From: Trichoplax sp. H2
Lineage: Eukaryota
Length of the DNA stretch: 64,000 nucleotides
NCBI GenBank assembly: GCA_003344405.1
Contig: NOWV01000188.1
Coordinates: 62,001 to 126,000, forward strand
Direction of reading: 5' to 3'
A program made the translations under genes and the position numbers. The notes beneath the pieces are model-generated. The model was given only the letters and a program-made list of their open reading frames with translations. It made no database searches and was not told where the DNA came from. Positions 1-13,027 of the stretch are shown in pieces (position 1 is the stretch's first letter; each line of letters opens with the position of its first letter).

Positions 1-23
1 TTAAGATAGTAAAGTAATACGAA

Positions 24-43
24 NNNNNNNNNNNNNNNNNNNN
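24..43. other. Assembly gap (20 N)
   Basis: Run of n characters at 24-43. Confidence 0.99.
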
Positions 44-2955
44 CAGATGAAACGTATTTGTGACATTAGTCACGGACGAGTAGAAAGTAGAAAGAATCCA
101 TTATTAATATTCTAGTATTTCTAGTGGTCCGTACATTAGTATATCATCCCAGAAGTTGGATATTGCCCCAAATAAATGCTCAAATCTTGTCAATTCATTC
201 TATTCATTCATATCATCTTATAGAGCGAAAGAAGGCGAATGGAACGATAAAAGTTGAATGTGTAGAAATAGCTGGTCTAAATAATATTCAAGATATTGGC
301 TATAATATCGAGTATAATGTAGAGTATAATTTGGTATGCATCTCAATGTATAGTTTAACCGAAAAGAAGTATTTTTTGAGCCCCCAAATCTTCTCCATGA
401 TCATGTAATGGATATCATAGTACAAGATATGACCTGAAAGCAGGTGCACAACTTTGGAAATCTAATTAGTTATTTTTAATACAATTATTACTAAACAATA
501 CGAATTTTACAGAAGGGAAATAGACGACCTTGTAAGTTAATCTATGGAGCGATCAGGCATTCACGAGTGATTAATCTAGTCCTAGGTTAAAATTACTATG
601 AACTATAATGGTTTGTATTTCAATTTGAAATCAACCAATTACACGGTTTTAAGATAGTAAAGTAATACGAATACTCTGCATAGATCACCTATACGCACGT
701 AAATAAAGTTCTGAAAGAATTTCAGTAGATTACAATATCCGACACTTACAAATTTTGCTCTACCGAGTAAATATTCACTATGATGTCTACTTTTGTAGAC
801 ATCATTACTAAACTGTCAATCTCTATTCAACTTTACAGTGCTATAATTAAGAAATTTCTTTTGTCTAACTTCAAACACCTGGAAAAATCTTATTAATAAA
901 CGAACTTTGTGATAGTTATAACGATGTTATGGATGAAAATATCGACGAGTTATTTGATCGCATATTATAAAATCTAAGTATTTATATATTAATATGCAAA
1001 TATAAAAAATCCTTTACTCTTAATTTTTGGAGTCAAGAGTAGATTCGACAAAAATCAAAAAAGGAAAATATTTCCTCAATAATATTTATAAATTTTATGG
1101 ACAGATTAGATCGTAGCTAATCGTAAAAGTAATAATTATTCCAGTTAAAGCAGTAAAATAGAGTTCACTTTCCTGTAATGAGTGAGGTTATGCTGATGAA
1201 AACATGACATTACAGTGATTAAGCTGGTATCTATTGTCAAAGAGATTAATATTTGTTTACGGCGTTCATTACACAGTACCTACTTTACTTAATGCATGGA
1301 TTTATCACTTCAATGAATAATATATCTATGGTACAGTAATTATTGCATAATGTATAGATGTGTTGGTCATTATTGCCTATGATATCGATTCCGCACTGCA
1401 TTCTCGTTTTATGTGTACAAGAAACTCACTATACGGTAATTTTAAAGACAATAATGGACAACATATATTCTCCAAAGATATCCATACCCTTTGTGATTAT
1501 CATCCGATATCACTTTAGGCGGTAATTATAAATCATTTACGTATTACTTAATAATCTTTAATAAATTTCTTATCATCCCAATCAGAAGTATATTTTTAGA
1601 TTAAAAGTATTAGCAGAGCTAAAAACAGTACTCTCTAATATCAGCATATATGTACATCATCCGCTGTTTATGGACATATTACATCACAGGAAGTATACAC
1701 TACATATTTACATAAGTACCGCAATATAAGAAGTACCGGCATACAGAGAAAGATGACCGTCAATAAACAATTATGCATGTTAATGACATGATTTAGTTTT
1801 CTTAAGTGATAAACTATACTAATACAAAATTTAAATAGGAAAAAAATTTGCTTTGTTAAATTGAACCATTTAATTTTAAGCAAACAAAACTTTGAATGCA
1901 AATTATTTAAACTTGTAGGCAGAGATGAACAAAGGCATTGCAGTGAGGGGAAACTTATAATTTTCAAAATCTACGGGTATAAACAATAAGGCCTTGATAA
2001 ACAGTATGTAGAGGTTCCACTATGTTGCAATTAACTGATTATTAGCAATCAAAGCCTTATCAAGAAGTTATAAATACTATCTCCAAAGTATTTCCTAATG
2101 TCTAGTTCCGCTTGATATACAGCATAACCGCATAATTAATTGATAAATCAATGTTAACGAATCTACTATTGATATCCATGTAAATCGTATTGCATTTGCC
2201 AGGCCAATCAATAACTATGCGATGATATGCTTATTAATATATATGCTAGCAGATGTAACGATTATTACTGCTTTGAATAAGCTTTGCTACACAAGCTCAA
2301 TATTTAGATTTATATAATATATCTTGCTTTGACCAGGTATGAATCATACGTCATACTTGCATGCTTCTAGCTAAATGTTGTTTTACTTCCTGATGATAGA
2401 AAGAGTTTATTTTAAATAGTTTGAATATGATATTATCATATTCAAAGATTTTATATTAAAATTGCAAATATATATCATAAGAGAAATGACGATAAAGCAT
2501 CTAAAATATTTAGATGTTATTGTTTCCCAATTTCCCTTGCAGCATCTTGTATAACAATGATACTCTGAAATGGTAATATTGTCGACAATGTATTGTCAAG
2601 TGATACTTAAGCTGATATCGAATGAGATAGATAGCAACTATCCAGGCAAATCTAATTATCTATCAATAGATAATTGTTAAGCATCCAATGAAAACAAATG
2701 TATAGCAATTTAACCTGGTGAATTACTTTAACCGCATTTCCATTCTAATATTTATTTACTGAACCATATAAAAAAATGCATTATACATCCCCATCACCAA
2801 AACTTATTTATAAGGCTGGCAATTTAGAAATTTACGATATCAATGTTGAGATTTTGTGATTCTCAAACTGTTATCAATTCTTACTGAAATTTGACAATTT
2901 TTCAATTCCTTAGTAAATTTGGAACTGCACATTTGCTGATTTTTCACTCAACGAA

Positions 2956-3264
2956 ATGTCATTCAACGCCAAAGAATTCATTTTACCAACTTTCTTGCTT
3001 GCTATAATAATTGTCTCGATAAGTGGCGCCAACATTGATCATGATCCCCTAGTTGACTGGTATAGACGCAATGACCAAAGAAAAACTAGTTGTGAAACCG
3101 GATATTGCCTGCAACCACCATTTAAGGTGTGCTATTCCGATAGTGACTGTTGCTGCACGGAGCCGTACAAATTTGAATGTTACATTAATCCTACAACATG
3201 CACTAGACCAGCTCAAGGAATACCTGGACTCTGCTTCTTAGAACAAATTCAGTGCGACTCTTAA
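2956..3264 (+). CDS. Small secreted cysteine-rich prepropeptide (toxin/knottin-like architecture), 102 aa, single coding exon
   Basis: Hydrophobic signal peptide (FILPTFLLAIIIVSISGA), short acidic propeptide with dibasic RR and RK sites, then 10 Cys spaced C-x4-C-x7-C-x5-CCC-x7-C-x6-C-x10-C-x6-C. A pyrimidine-rich acceptor (ttcaattccttag, ending 2913) suggests a 5'UTR intron; AATAAA near 3473. Confidence 0.8.
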   Translation: MSFNAKEFILPTFLLAIIIVSISGANIDHDPLVDWYRRNDQRKTSCETGYCLQPPFKVCYSDSDCCCTEPYKFECYINPTTCTRPAQGIPGLCFLEQIQCDS

Positions 3265-6200
3265 GCTTTTAAGCATATTTCATGGCACTTGGATATAAAA
3301 CATGTTAAAAATTAGTATTTTGCTGTATTCATGCCACATAACCTCCATGATACAAATTATGCTATTAAGTAAAATGCATGTTCATTCCCTATTTATTCGC
3401 CTTTTCACTCCTTAACCTTCAATACTTTTAGAATATTCCTGCTAATACTATCTTGATCAGTTAATTGCTATTAATAAAAATAGCATTAGCTAATAGTTAA
3501 TTGTGAAGGAAAGTTACCGTGTATGTTGCCAATTTCTTTAACTGCATTTCATTTAAATGTACTTCTGAGATAATATTCTACTGAGCGAATGACTTAGCTC
3601 ATCGCCTTTATTTGTTTCCATATTAGATTGTTTAGCTAGTAAATGGAGTGGATTTATTATCATGTCATGATATAATAATAATTCCTAAATTGATGAATAA
3701 ATTTATGCCAACGAAGTATTAAGGACTGATATCTCTTTGCAGATAGATTAAAGGGATGTATGTATGATATATCATCAAGTCTATCCAGTGTAAAAGTAAA
3801 ATATGGATATATTTGAATCTTTTCATCAGATTCTCCTAAGATTATCGTGTACAGTAATGATTTATTTATTTGAATAGTCTGGTTAAAATTAGGATTTAGT
3901 CAATGCGAGTATCGTAGATTAATGCATATATATTTCCATGATAACATTTTCAATAGATTAATTTGTTGCAGAGATAAAAAGTAATCACAGGTGCATTCCA
4001 CGGCAGGACTAAATCTTCCATTGATAAATTACTAGCATTTTATTTACTTCTTCTGCAACTACAGCAGATACATTTGCCAAAACTAACTACAGCGTAAATT
4101 CTTCAGCATTTCATTCGAGAGCTAACCGACACTGCATGAAAATGACCCACTGTAGTAGCTGTAGTATTTATACTTGTAATACTGGCATAAAACTTGTAAT
4201 ATCACATTCGAGCAAAAAAAAACATTTATTGTAATGATGTTAGTAGCGTACAATCTTTGCGAAGGTTAAGTTCTTTTTCAATATACTGTAGCTGTAATTA
4301 TAGTATTGACGAAATGGAGAGTATATCTTAGGCGATATAAAAAGTGAAAAATTTTAGTAACTAAACAAATAGTAAATGACTTGGAAATATTTTCAGTTAC
4401 TGCTATGATTACTGTAGTCATCCATGGTAGATAGTTTCCATGTTAAGATATTATAACCTATAAACGAGTCTTATTTTGATAATTCGTGACTTAAGTCTAG
4501 TATGGTATTACTAAGTACATATAAGTAATTGTTAAAGGTCGGTTTAATAATGTATATTTATACACTTTCATAAATCCTTTTCTGTCATTCGAGAACAGTT
4601 ATCATTGGCCGTTATTACGAGTAAAAGCATTATAATTTCATTTAAGAATAAATAGTTATTTGCATTAAATCCTCTTTTATGAATTACCGCCTTGAAGCTT
4701 GAAAATTACATAAATATTTATGTATAAACAAAACGATGTTAATAAAATATTATATGTGAAAGTTAATTGAAATTTTATGAAAGGCATATTTTGCGGTGCA
4801 GTTGAACCTTCTGGCCAGAAGTTGCATACAATGTAGTACTTGGGGTTTGAAGAACTGTTTTGCTACAAAATTCTGATTGATTTAGATCATAGTGAGTTAG
4901 AAAGTATTTAGTATTATTTGTACGTTATGGTTTCATAAAATAAAGTTTGCATTTAATGATTCTTTTGAGCCGGTAGCCAATTGCATAATATCTGGAATTT
5001 CCGCAGTTAAGCTACTGCTATTGGCCTTATATGATTGTGTACCTGGATAGAGATGGCTATGCTTGAGTCAACTAGGTAACGGTAGGATGACATGGTACAA
5101 AATATTTAATTAATCATAAAATGCAGTCAGGTATGCGAGATCCATCTAGTATAATAAAAATTGGAAAAAGTAAAACAAAATCTTTCTAATACTAATTTCG
5201 ATCAATCGCTGCAATTAAATCTCTTCAGTAGCTGTATCTATGGTAATATAAGTGCTACTCATCATGAGAGCTATTGAAAACACTTTTATAATAGTCTAAT
5301 AGAGCTTTCATATACTACTCTTTCGATGAGGCGGTGTAGAAAGATACTAAATTTTCTTATTATTTATGACTGGAATTTTGATCAAGACAAATAGTATCAT
5401 CAATTTATTTGTAGCTAATTTTAATTCTTGAATTGTTTATCTTAGAATGCTATCCTTTATTATGCAAACATTTAGAAGCATATATGATATGAAACTAACG
5501 GTTGCCATTATTACTTTGTCCCTTAATTAAAATTATATGATCACTACTATTAATGATACTGTTATACCATTACATATTAGTTAAGATTACATATATGCCT
5601 GGCTATTATAACCTACATTTAAAACACTGCTATAGTCTTGGTTAATTGCTAAAGGCTATCTTTTCGAACTTAACAGGGATTTTAAGCCAATGTAACTAAT
5701 ACCACCGCAGGGAATTTCCAATTCATTAATGTGATCATAACTTTACTGATACTTCTGGCTAAATATAATTGAGCGTAATATGCGCCTGTAATCAAGCAAA
5801 AATTATTATCATAAGAAATTCGATTTAGTTAGGCTTTTTAGTTTCGAAAATGTCTCATTAGTAAGATATTATTTAAACTGTCGTATTATTATGGTATATA
5901 GGTGAAATATGGCACTTCTTAGAAGGGATAAAATTAGTTGCACAGTCATGGATAATTACGATAAATAAGTTCCACTGCGTGCTGCAACTACAAAGCATTT
6001 AAAATGACCATTTGATATCATTACTTAGATTGCTCTAGGTCATTTTATTGAAATTGCATTATCATATCTCTGTGGCAATACTTTTTAAATCAAAGCGATA
6101 CCTAGCTATAATAATTACGGTATAAAGAAGTGTTTAATTATATTTATAAATTTAAATTTCTGAGAAGTTCACAATAACTGCCCTTATACGTTATCGTTCA

Positions 6201-9200
6201 TCAAAGATTTGTATTTATAAAGGCATAAAGGAGCGAAATTATGCTACAGCTAAGTATGTATTTGTCCTTTACAATTTCATTTTTAGAAATGACGATTTGG
6301 ATAGTGCCTATGAATTTGTGTAGCTGTTACTTTCCACATTCCTCGATACTGATAAATGGTCGATTGCCTTTCGATCTACATATAAATTTAAACATTAGTA
6401 TTTAGTTATTACTATTAAATGGCTTAATTGTAATTGGTGAAGATATGTCTATCTTATTATACGGTCCTTTTATACGATTCTATTTCTGTATCTCAAGTAA
6501 CTATGCAGTACCATCGGTAAGTTAAAAGTAACGATTTAAAATATTGAAAGAATAAAACACGTACTTTATTTAGCGATTTCAGGAAAAGACTTCTTGTAAT
6601 TATATTGCAGGTGTAAGCAGTCTATTTAAATGCTTTAGAAATGCTTTATTGAAGTAATATCGATGATAAATAGCAATCTGATAGGTTAGCTTAAACATTA
6701 CGCAAATTCTTATGATTACGGTATCTATGGTAGCATCAAATGTAAAATAATTTAGAGGTCATTGTAACTGTATCATAAATGCTGAAATGATATTCAATCG
6801 TAGATGTAAATACAATAGGCAATAGCCTTAAGCTTATCTGTATTATGAGGTTAAAAGTTTGTTCTACTGAAATGGGAGACCATGGAATGTCATTATTTAG
6901 TAATTGTTTGCGGTATGCCTTTCTTCCATTTTATACGAGATAATTTACGCTGCTCTAAATAACGTGCCTGAAGTTTAATAAAGGGATTGCTCTTTCTTGC
7001 ACAATCTTTAGATCCATTTATTTACATGAAAGATAAATAATTTTCAGACACTTTTTTGATTCTCCCGTAATTATTGTTGATTTCTTTATGTTGGACATAT
7101 TCTGTATATTCTGCTGTATTCGTATAATATACGTAATAAATAATGACGTCTTTTACATATTTGAAAACAGGTGAAGACTGCGCTTCCGAATATGACAAAA
7201 GGTTACAAAGATTACGATAATTCCCGCTGGCATTAGATATTTTTAGTAATTAAATCAAAGCATTTGACTAGATCCAAGAGTGAGCCACTATAATGTTTAA
7301 ATCTACTTTACGAAATATTGATGATAATTAGTTTGATTTAACCTTTGCGGTTGATTGATATGAATACATTTTCAGTCTATGCTATTGCTCTATTTTGTGA
7401 TAAAGACTTCATTTTCTATTATAGAGAAGTAGTCATTTTGACAAAAAAATTATCGAAAAACCAATGCGTATTATTGAAGGTTCTAGTTCCTGACCACAAT
7501 CATAGAAATATTACTATTTTGCTAAATCGTATTCAGGGATGAATCACTCGCAATTTTGCATATACGTTTTGAGTAAAGAAAATCTGATTTAGTACTATAG
7601 CACACCACGTTTTACTAATCACTGAAAAGGCACTAGCATACCGGTATTTATTATTGCGATATGTGTATTTCTATAATTATATTGGTCAATACTGCCAGAA
7701 TCAAGCCATGCAGCATCGAGTGAATACCTATATAATTAGTAGGAGAAACGGGCACTCAAATCTACCGCAGCATACGCCCATAACAATTCATATGATCTGG
7801 TAGTTAAGAAAACACGAATTTTGAATGATGGGGACCATATCAGGTAACTAAATTTACGCTCATGTTGTCAACACCTGGGCTTTGCAACGTAGAATTATCG
7901 GGAAATGAGAAGTAGAAATGCCAGTTTCATTTGACTATCAAGGAGCGAGTTTTATTTTACTTACTTTCACTTAAATACGTGTAGTGATGATCTGCTGTGT
8001 AAACCGTATAAAATAGCTAAGGCAGGTTCTTGTGCAAGATAATTTACGAACTTCATGATTAGAAAGAGCTTAAAGGAGCTGTAGAATAGCCTAAACACGT
8101 ATCACCAAAATGCATTATAATATAACATTTGTAGCGATTGTATCTTACTCATATATAATTTAGCTGTTATAGTTAAGATTTTTGATCAATCACAACCTAA
8201 TATATCACTATACAGCATAGTTACTAAATTGATGATTTAACATAAACCATAGACTATAGACGTTATTAATAAAATGCACTAAACCTGTTTTATTAGTTAT
8301 TCTGGTTAACCGTAAGTGAGTAATTGCATAGTTGTTAATCAGAAATTGTATCAATTAAAGATAGTCCGAGCATTCTGTCATGAAAGTACTTATATCAATC
8401 TCGCTACCAGACAGGTTTATACGTTACCAAACTTATCGATGATTGCTTATGTAACAAAAGTGTGGCTTTGCCATAATTAATTTGCTTATGTATGTGTGCA
8501 ATTTAATTAATTAGATCTATGATTGTAGTATTATCCATTATGCAATATATGAAATTAAATTTCCTTCAAATGAAGACCGAAGTCATGACAACATTTATTT
8601 TAGATTCTTCTATACGTTAACAGGTTAATGCAAAATATGCTCATTATATTAGGCAGTTCGCATAAAGATTGTCTGTTGACAGTACTTTATCCATTGGCAG
8701 AGATCAGCATCAAGTCTTACTGTTAACGTAAAATTTTCAGATTAGAATAAGATCTGCGCAAACTTTTGCTGATTCACTTTCTTATTCAAAAACAGGAATA
8801 AAAATTTTATCTTATTCATATAAAGAGAACAGTCAGATTTTACCCTAATTTCTGGTTGTAATAAATAATACAAATATTATGGCTTCCAATTTTAAAACAA
8901 AAATAGGATAATTTTCACTTATATCATAGGTAAATTGGTGATGCCTCAAAGTATTCTATGAATTACCTTACGTAGAAGATGTACATTAAAGATTTTAATT
9001 GTTATGCTAGCAAGACATACAGGTAATGTTGCGCGATACGTAAAAAGATGCAAAGAAATGTTTATAAGAATTAATTTGAAATCTACGTTCCTCGTCGTGT
9101 GCATTGATAGCTAACATGAAAATTGCTATGCAATAACAATATTTGAGAAACGTTGACATTCATAAGGTTTTTAGTTTAAAAATTAAACACATTTGCAAAA

Positions 9201-9381
9201 TAATGAAATATTCTTGTTACGTAGATAGCACGTTAGTATCATACCACAGGCCCACGAAAATTTTCACACAGTTTACGAGCAATTCGTTTTTATACATTTA
9301 CAATCTCAAATACTTTATCTATAGTTGATCTAATCTTGGAATAGACAGATTTTTTTGATAGTGTCGGCAGGTAGAGTAGGA

Positions 9382-10841
9382 TTATCGTAAAAAGTAATCT
9401 ATAGCTGCTGAAAATGCAGCGAATCCAGCACAACCAGCTACTGCAGGTCTGACACCAGCTATAACATGAAAAATATTAGTAAGATTGTTGTTCGTGATAT
9501 ACATATCCTTTATGCATCAAGAATATTTATCGGATCGCCTTATTGATGGGAATGACTTCAATAAAGAAATTAAGTTATTTCAACATATTTACCTCTTAGG
9601 CCAATCAAACCGCCAGAGACACAACCTGACATGATTGTATTTTTCCAGTCAGATTTACCACGGTACTACATGCAAAAATCATTTACAGATGATAAGATTA
9701 TTGCGGTATACTGTAATCGGTTAGCATTATTTAATTACAACAGAATGAGACATGCACGGAATGCTAATACCAATGAAAGACATGATATCTAACAAAGTGC
9801 AATCGTATACAAGTAATTTCATCTAACTGTGAAGCAAAGCTAGTAATATTCCATGTTTCATGCTAGTACAATACATGTATAATGTACAGTATCATAATGT
9901 GCAGTAAGAGTAACCTACCGTCTCGATCAGGCACTCTGTACCGGAAAACATTGCCCCAACCATGGCAAAATTTTTACCATAGGACATTCCACGACGTCCA
10001 ATTTCTCTCATTACTTCTCTTGTCGATGCTTGCTTGGCAGTAGCAGTCATCCCGCTAGGATCACCAGTAATGGCAGGATCTAAACCAGCAGTGAAAAGGC
10101 CAAAGGCACCACCGAGTGCAAAGCCTGACAACAGCAGTAAGAGTAGACATTAATCGATAGACTAGGTTATAACGATATCCACTTTATGAGTCTGTTTTAA
10201 TACAGTATAACATGAGATGCAGTGAAAAGGCCAAAAGCACCACCGAGTGCAAAGCCTGACAATAGCAGTAAGAGATAGGCATTAATCGACAGACTAGGTT
10301 ATAACGATATTCACTTTATGAGTCTGTTTTAATACAGTATAACATGAGATGAAGGCATGAAGGTATCGTACACCTAAGAGTAAGGATATGGATCAATTAA
10401 TTGACCGGCTTCTAACCAGAAATGAGATTATTTTAGTACAACATGGCAAGATATGTTATGATAGTCCAGTACGTGTCAATCCACCTAGAGAGACTGACAT
10501 CAGTCGATAAACTAGCTTATGATGCTATCCAGTTGATAAGTCGATTTTAATATCACTTGTAAGATATAGCATGATGGTATACAAAATTGAATTGGTGTCT
10601 GTTTTATCCTACCGAAAACTGTTGCAATGCCAGCTTTAAAAGCACAACTTTCAAAGACTCCTTCAACCAGTTTTTCTTCTCGTGTTTTCCCAGTCTGGAA
10701 AAACGGTGAAGGAGGAGCGAAAAAAGGGCGATGATGTTGCTGGCGAATAACCAAGTCCATCATTTTACTATGAAAAGAGATCTCATCGAGCTGATCTCCA
10801 TTTGCATCCGTTGACGAAGCGCTGGCATTTTCTTCGGCCAT
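9382..10841 (-). CDS. TIM22: Mitochondrial import inner membrane translocase subunit Tim22, 4 exons, 194 aa
   Basis: Exons 10841-10613, 10124-9919, 9665-9593, 9458-9382 join in phase at GT-AG sites (585 nt). Motifs: [87 protein letters not shown]. Confidence 0.96.
10088..10350. repeat. Tandem duplication (131 + 132 bp) spanning the TIM22 intron 1/exon 2 junction
   Basis: 10088-10218 and 10219-10350 both run gcagtgaaaaggccaaa...aatacagtataacatgagat, with about six differences including one indel. Confidence 0.95.
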
Positions 10842-10910
10842 GCTGCTAAACTACCTAGGCCAGATATCACAAACTTTCCAACTTCTGTACCGTACAGGCA
10901 TACCAGTATA

Positions 10911-10932
10911 CTGTACACTGTACACTGTACAC
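10911..10932. repeat. (CTGTACA)3 short tandem repeat about 70 bp upstream of the TIM22 start codon
   Basis: ctgtacactgtacactgtacac read directly. Confidence 0.8.
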
Positions 10933-11317
10933 ATGATCCGCTGGCAATAGCATTGCGTCCATACCTACTGTACGTCCGTTTTTACGCCTAAATTCAATTT
11001 TAGTTTAATAGGAATGCTGCTAAACTTTGTCATATATCAGAATCTATTTCATATAGATTCCTCAACGATATAACCCCAGCTTATTCTATACCTTTCTATG
11101 CTTTAACAGCAATTCAATCGCAGTAAAGATGCTTGTAATTCTTAAATTTGTCTAACCAGATTTGCAAAGAGTAATGAACTAATTTGTAGATCATGTAAAA
11201 TAGGTAATATTGATAGTGAGATCCGATAATTTATATACTATAATATGACTTTGGTAACATAACATTCTAAATTGCTTTTCTTCTTTTCATTCATTACCTT
11301 CTCATAACGTCAATTAG

Positions 11318-11940
11318 AGCTTCCTCATGTGCTTATCTATGTTGGATAGTTCCTGCTAAGATTACTATATTCCCGCTACTTCCTGATTTGGATTCAGCTA
11401 CCAGTTACGAAAATGTCCTTGCACATACATTATTAAAATTGACAGTATGGCTTATGTCCAAGGCAGCTTTCGTAGGAAATGTCTATCTTATATCGAAGCG
11501 CCGCGCCAGTACTAATAAAGAGAATTTAAGAAGTGCAGCTACTAAATTAGCCTTTCGAAATTTCGCTTTAACCGATTTTCTAACGTCGTTATATTAATTT
11601 ATTATTGCTATTAGCGATCTGATTTATCACGATCGTTATGCTCAACATGAAGAAGAATGGCTTAGTAGTCCATCGTGTATCATCGCGTCCTTTTTGCTTT
11701 GTACATCAAGCTTAATGTCAGTCATTATGATGATATTTCTTAGCGTTGATCGTTATACACTTATAACAGCACCATTCTCATCATCGGATAAAAGACATAA
11801 ACGCATAAAAATAAGTCTAATCTTGGATGGTTGATAGTATATCCTTGTATTAGTGTACCGATTTTTATATGTATTAATCCCGTCGAATTGGAAATTTACG
11901 CTTGCATCAGTTTAGCTACATTTAGCCAACAGTCAGGTTC
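11318..11940 (+). pseudogene. Disrupted leucine-rich-repeat-type (LGR/RXFP/GRL101-like) class A GPCR fragment, hinge to about TM4
   Basis: Reads YLCWIVP...PDLDSATSYENVLAHTLLKLTVWLMSKAAFVGN (hinge and TM1), NFALTDFLTSLY*FIIAISD (TM2, in-frame TAA at 11595-11597), EWLSSPSCIIASFL, LSVDRY (DRY at 11748-11756). A frameshift near 11820 precedes LGWLIV (TM4). No TM5-7 recognisable. Confidence 0.8.
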
Positions 11941-13027
11941 AGTAACTTTTTACCGTTATCCGTAGTAGAGCCCACAGCTTACGATACTTAGCATTTTTAT
12001 TTACTATAGTCAGTGAAATATTTCTGTATACTGGATGCAACACATTGGTATCATATGAGTTGATCCTGAAAACAGGATCTATAATGATGTGCGTGAAATT
12101 GAACTCATCCGAATTTACCGGAGAATAGCTAAAAAATTGGTCTTTATATGACGGACATAATGATACTGTAGAAGTAAAATCTATGGAAGCAAAGAACTGT
12201 AATAGAGTAAGAGATGGATTTTCTGCAGTAACCAGCATGCAAGTTAGATGCTGAGTGCAATTGTTATTGAGTAATGTAATATCTTAGACGTTTCTTCAAA
12301 ATGAAGGGAGCAGAATCTAAATTATGAAATTTGTGTATAAATTATGGAACGTGATAATATCTACTATTTCGTTAGAAAGGTGATCGAGCATATGGGGTTA
12401 GTGCTTGATTCTACTATTACTTTTTATACACCTATCGAAATTTCGATTAGTGATCAGCTCACATGGCAAATTAAGAGGCCTAAAGACTTCATTATTTATT
12501 TGATTTTATTTCATTCTACTAACTTCTCACAGTGATTGACTACGCAAATCGTTTTTTGGTTAAATATCCAGAGCTTGCTTAGAAATATCATTATTTTTGC
12601 TAAGGCCTTAAGTGATTATCAAATTTATCCTTTCATTCATAATTCGTTTCAATTAAAATTCTCCAAAGCTATATTAGGTATAAATTAGATATTTACTTAC
12701 TTAATAGCACAATTCCAAAAGTTAAAAGTATTTCATTATCATGATCAGGATAGAAATCTAATTACCTGTGAGAGGGGTAACATGATGACACAGTAATGAC
12801 GAAACCTACAGAAAGAGTTGCGGAAAATGGATAGATTATTATCATTCTTGATTAGCTGCTTGTGGCTTGTATCTTGTTTTATTACTACATCAGGTTGCAA
12901 GTTACAACGCTTGCTAAAGCTTTGAAATTAATATTAAATTAAAATTCACAAAGTCTCTTTAAGTTGTTCGACACGAATGCCAACTCAGCAATTTAGACTA
13001 TTTACCTAGCCAGGAGAAACTACTTCG

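Noticed and set aside
124-1967. ORFs 124-408 (+) and 1668-1967 (-)
   Set aside because: AT-biased composition, no recognisable motif and no splice context; probably chance ORFs.
3053-3241. 62-aa ORF overlapping the peptide gene
   Set aside because: Alternative-frame shadow of the Cys-rich CDS.
1321-6735. Recurrent tatctatggta motif near 1323, 5235 and 6722
   Set aside because: Only 11-12 nt in AT-rich DNA with no extended flanking similarity.
3400-9300. Exon-like patches (about 4045-4135 minus, 4790-4870, 5010-5075, 7171-7220, 7740-7845)
   Set aside because: Slightly GC-richer with some splice-like ends, but they contain stops or cannot be chained into a frame, and I recognise no family.
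11939-12238. 99-aa minus-strand ORF abutting the end of the GPCR remnant
   Set aside because: No recognisable domain; it may be an unrelated gene relic but cannot be supported.
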